Origin: Candidatus Dormiibacter inghamiae
GTDB lineage: Bacteria; Chloroflexota; Dormibacteria; Dormibacterales; Dormibacteraceae
Length of the DNA: 64,000 nucleotides
Reading direction: 5' to 3'
Assembly: GCA_016464725.1 (NCBI GenBank)
Contig: JAEKNO010000030.1
Location: forward strand, 41,803 to 105,802
The notes under the pieces are model-generated. The model saw nothing but the letters and a program-made list of their open reading frames with translations, made no database searches and was not told the DNA's origin. Positions 62,810 to 64,000 of the stretch are shown here, in pieces. Positions within the stretch are counted from its first letter, which is position 1. Each line of letters begins with the position of its first letter. The position numbers and the translations under genes were made by a program.

Positions 62810-64000
62810 ATGGACCCCTTGAGACAGCTCGCCGCCCGGCACGGTCCCCGCCGGGCCCTGAGTGACAGGGGCGCGGGTTTTTGGGTGACGTGGTTCGATC
62901 TGGATCAGCTCGCTCATGCCTGGGCCGGCAGGTTTGAAGCGGGAGGGCTGAGCCCTGGCGAGCGGGTGGCTGTGCAAGAGCCTGCCGGCGTCCGCTTCTC
63001 GGCTCTGCTGCACGCCTGCCTGCGCTTTGGCGCAGCACTGGTCCCCATCTCACCCCGGACGCCTGCCGCCGAGTCGGAGCGGATTCTGGCGGATTCGCGG
63101 CCCCGCTTCCTGGTCCGCGAGGGGCAGCTGGAGCCGACCGGTTTAGAACCTGCCACAGGCGCGGCGGAGGACGTCTGCGTGCTCTACACCTCAGGTACCA
63201 CCGGCCAGCCCAAGGGAGTGCGACTGACCTTGGCGAACCACGCCGCCTCAGCTCAGGGCTGCGCTTCCGCACTGGCCGCGGGCCCTGAGGATCGCTGGCT
63301 CCAGGTGCTGCCCCCCCATCACGCGGGCGGCATGGCCATCCTTTTCCGCTCAGTCTTTTTCAACCAGCCTGTGGTGGCGCTGCCCGAGTTCGAGCCGACG
63401 CTTGTGCTTGACGCAATCGAATCTGAACGTCCGACGCTGGCCGCTCTCGTGCCGACGATGCTGACCAGGCTGCTCGAGGCAGGTGGCCTGGAGGAGCTGC
63501 GAAGATTGCGCGCCATCCTGATCGGCGGCGCACCCGCCCCGGCGGACCAGGTGAGGGTATGGGCGGATCTGGGGCTGAAGGTCTGTCCGAGCTACGGTCT
63601 GACGGAGAGCGCCTCCCAGGTCGCGGTGGTGCCACCGGGCAGAGCCAGGGAGCTGGCCGGGACCGCCGGGCTTGTCGGTCCCCACGCGCAGGTCGACCTG
63701 GAGGAGGGACAGATCATCCTCAGCGGCGCCTGCCTCTCGCCCGGTTACGTCAACTCCGAGCTGAAGCCCTCGCCTTCGGGCGGCCGTTTCGCCACTGGTG
63801 ATCTGGGACTCCTGCGCGATGGGGTGCTGACGGTCCTGGGCCGCAGCGACGACACCATCATCACAGGTGGAGAGAACGTCAGGCCGGAGGAGGTGGAAGC
63901 AGTTCTGCGAGCGTATCCGGGCGTGCGGGACGCCGCTGTCGCCGGCCGCTCCGATCCGCTCTGGGGCCAAGTGGTGAGCGCCTGGCTGATCGGCGAAGCC
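62810..64000 (+). CDS. menE: o-succinylbenzoate--CoA ligase, partial (3' end beyond the window)
   Basis: AMP-binding motif YTSGTTGQPKGV, then YGLTES and GDLG...GRSDD. Open to base 64000. Confidence 0.85.
   Translation, partial: MDPLRQLAARHGPRRALSDRGAGFWVTWFDLDQLAHAWAGRFEAGGLSPGERVAVQEPAGVRFSALLHACLRFGAALVPISPRTPAAESERILADSRPRFLVREGQLEPTGLEPATGAAEDVCVLYTSGTTGQPKGVRLTLANHAASAQGCASALAAGPEDRWLQVLPPHHAGGMAILFRSVFFNQPVVALPEFEPTLVLDAIESERPTLAALVPTMLTRLLEAGGLEELRRLRAILIGGAPAPADQVRVWADLGLKVCPSYGLTESASQVAVVPPGRARELAGTAGLVGPHAQVDLEEGQIILSGACLSPGYVNSELKPSPSGGRFATGDLGLLRDGVLTVLGRSDDTIITGGENVRPEEVEAVLRAYPGVRDAAVAGRSDPLWGQVVSAWLIGEA

Noticed and set aside
1-64000. Genomic island, prophage, defence system or biosynthetic gene cluster signals across the window.
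   Set aside because: No integrase, transposase, phage structural gene, restriction/Cas/toxin-antitoxin gene or PKS/NRPS-type gene was recognised. No tRNA or direct-repeat island boundary was seen, and no obvious compositional break is visible by eye.

Overview
High-GC bacterial chromosomal window, densely coding with about 75 supportable CDS, and mostly core metabolism. No rRNA, tRNA, CRISPR array, transposase, integrase, phage or recognisable defence genes were seen. Content from left to right: (1) an NDK-like gene, MscS, L25 and an L,D-transpeptidase. (2) A large acyl-CoA/propionate block: a split isobutyryl-CoA-mutase-like system with MeaB, three acyl-CoA dehydrogenases, sucCD, a PccB-type carboxyltransferase, a second methylmalonyl-type mutase large subunit, an epimerase, 3-hydroxyacyl-CoA dehydrogenase, SCP2, FixC, CoaE and a CaiB-type transferase. 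(3) Envelope and membrane genes: LCP, DUF4190/DUF4013/DUF2752, NfeD-flotillin-PspA, PlsC, Lgt, an M23 peptidase, an SLT-like lytic enzyme and HtrA. (4) Two membrane-anchored sulfite-oxidase-fold Mo enzymes. (5) gltX and rlmN. (6) A complete but orientation-scrambled menaquinone cluster, menF-D-H-C-A-B-E. Two things stand out as candidates for something not yet described. First, an M-box (Mg2+) riboswitch lies upstream of an NRAMP-related transporter whose metal-site motifs are of the Mg2+ (NRMT) type. It is followed by a pore-less MgtE-N/CBS/PRC sensor protein, with a possible leader uORF. Second, a 120-177 nt terminal-inverted-repeat element occurs three times. Each copy sits in an intergenic site at a C-TA-G context, and in two copies the junction forms the neighbouring gene's TAG stop. 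It is either a MITE-like element or an unknown structured RNA. Smaller oddities: very short divergent spacers carrying -10-like hexamers, suggesting leaderless mRNAs; head-to-head overlapping start codons of menD and menH; a degenerate histidine-kinase-like protein paired with an OmpR-type regulator; and three genes whose conserved N-termini lie upstream of any canonical start codon. All family calls come from reading the translated ORFs by eye. No database search was run. Many long ORFs in the supplied track are alternate-frame artefacts of the high GC content.
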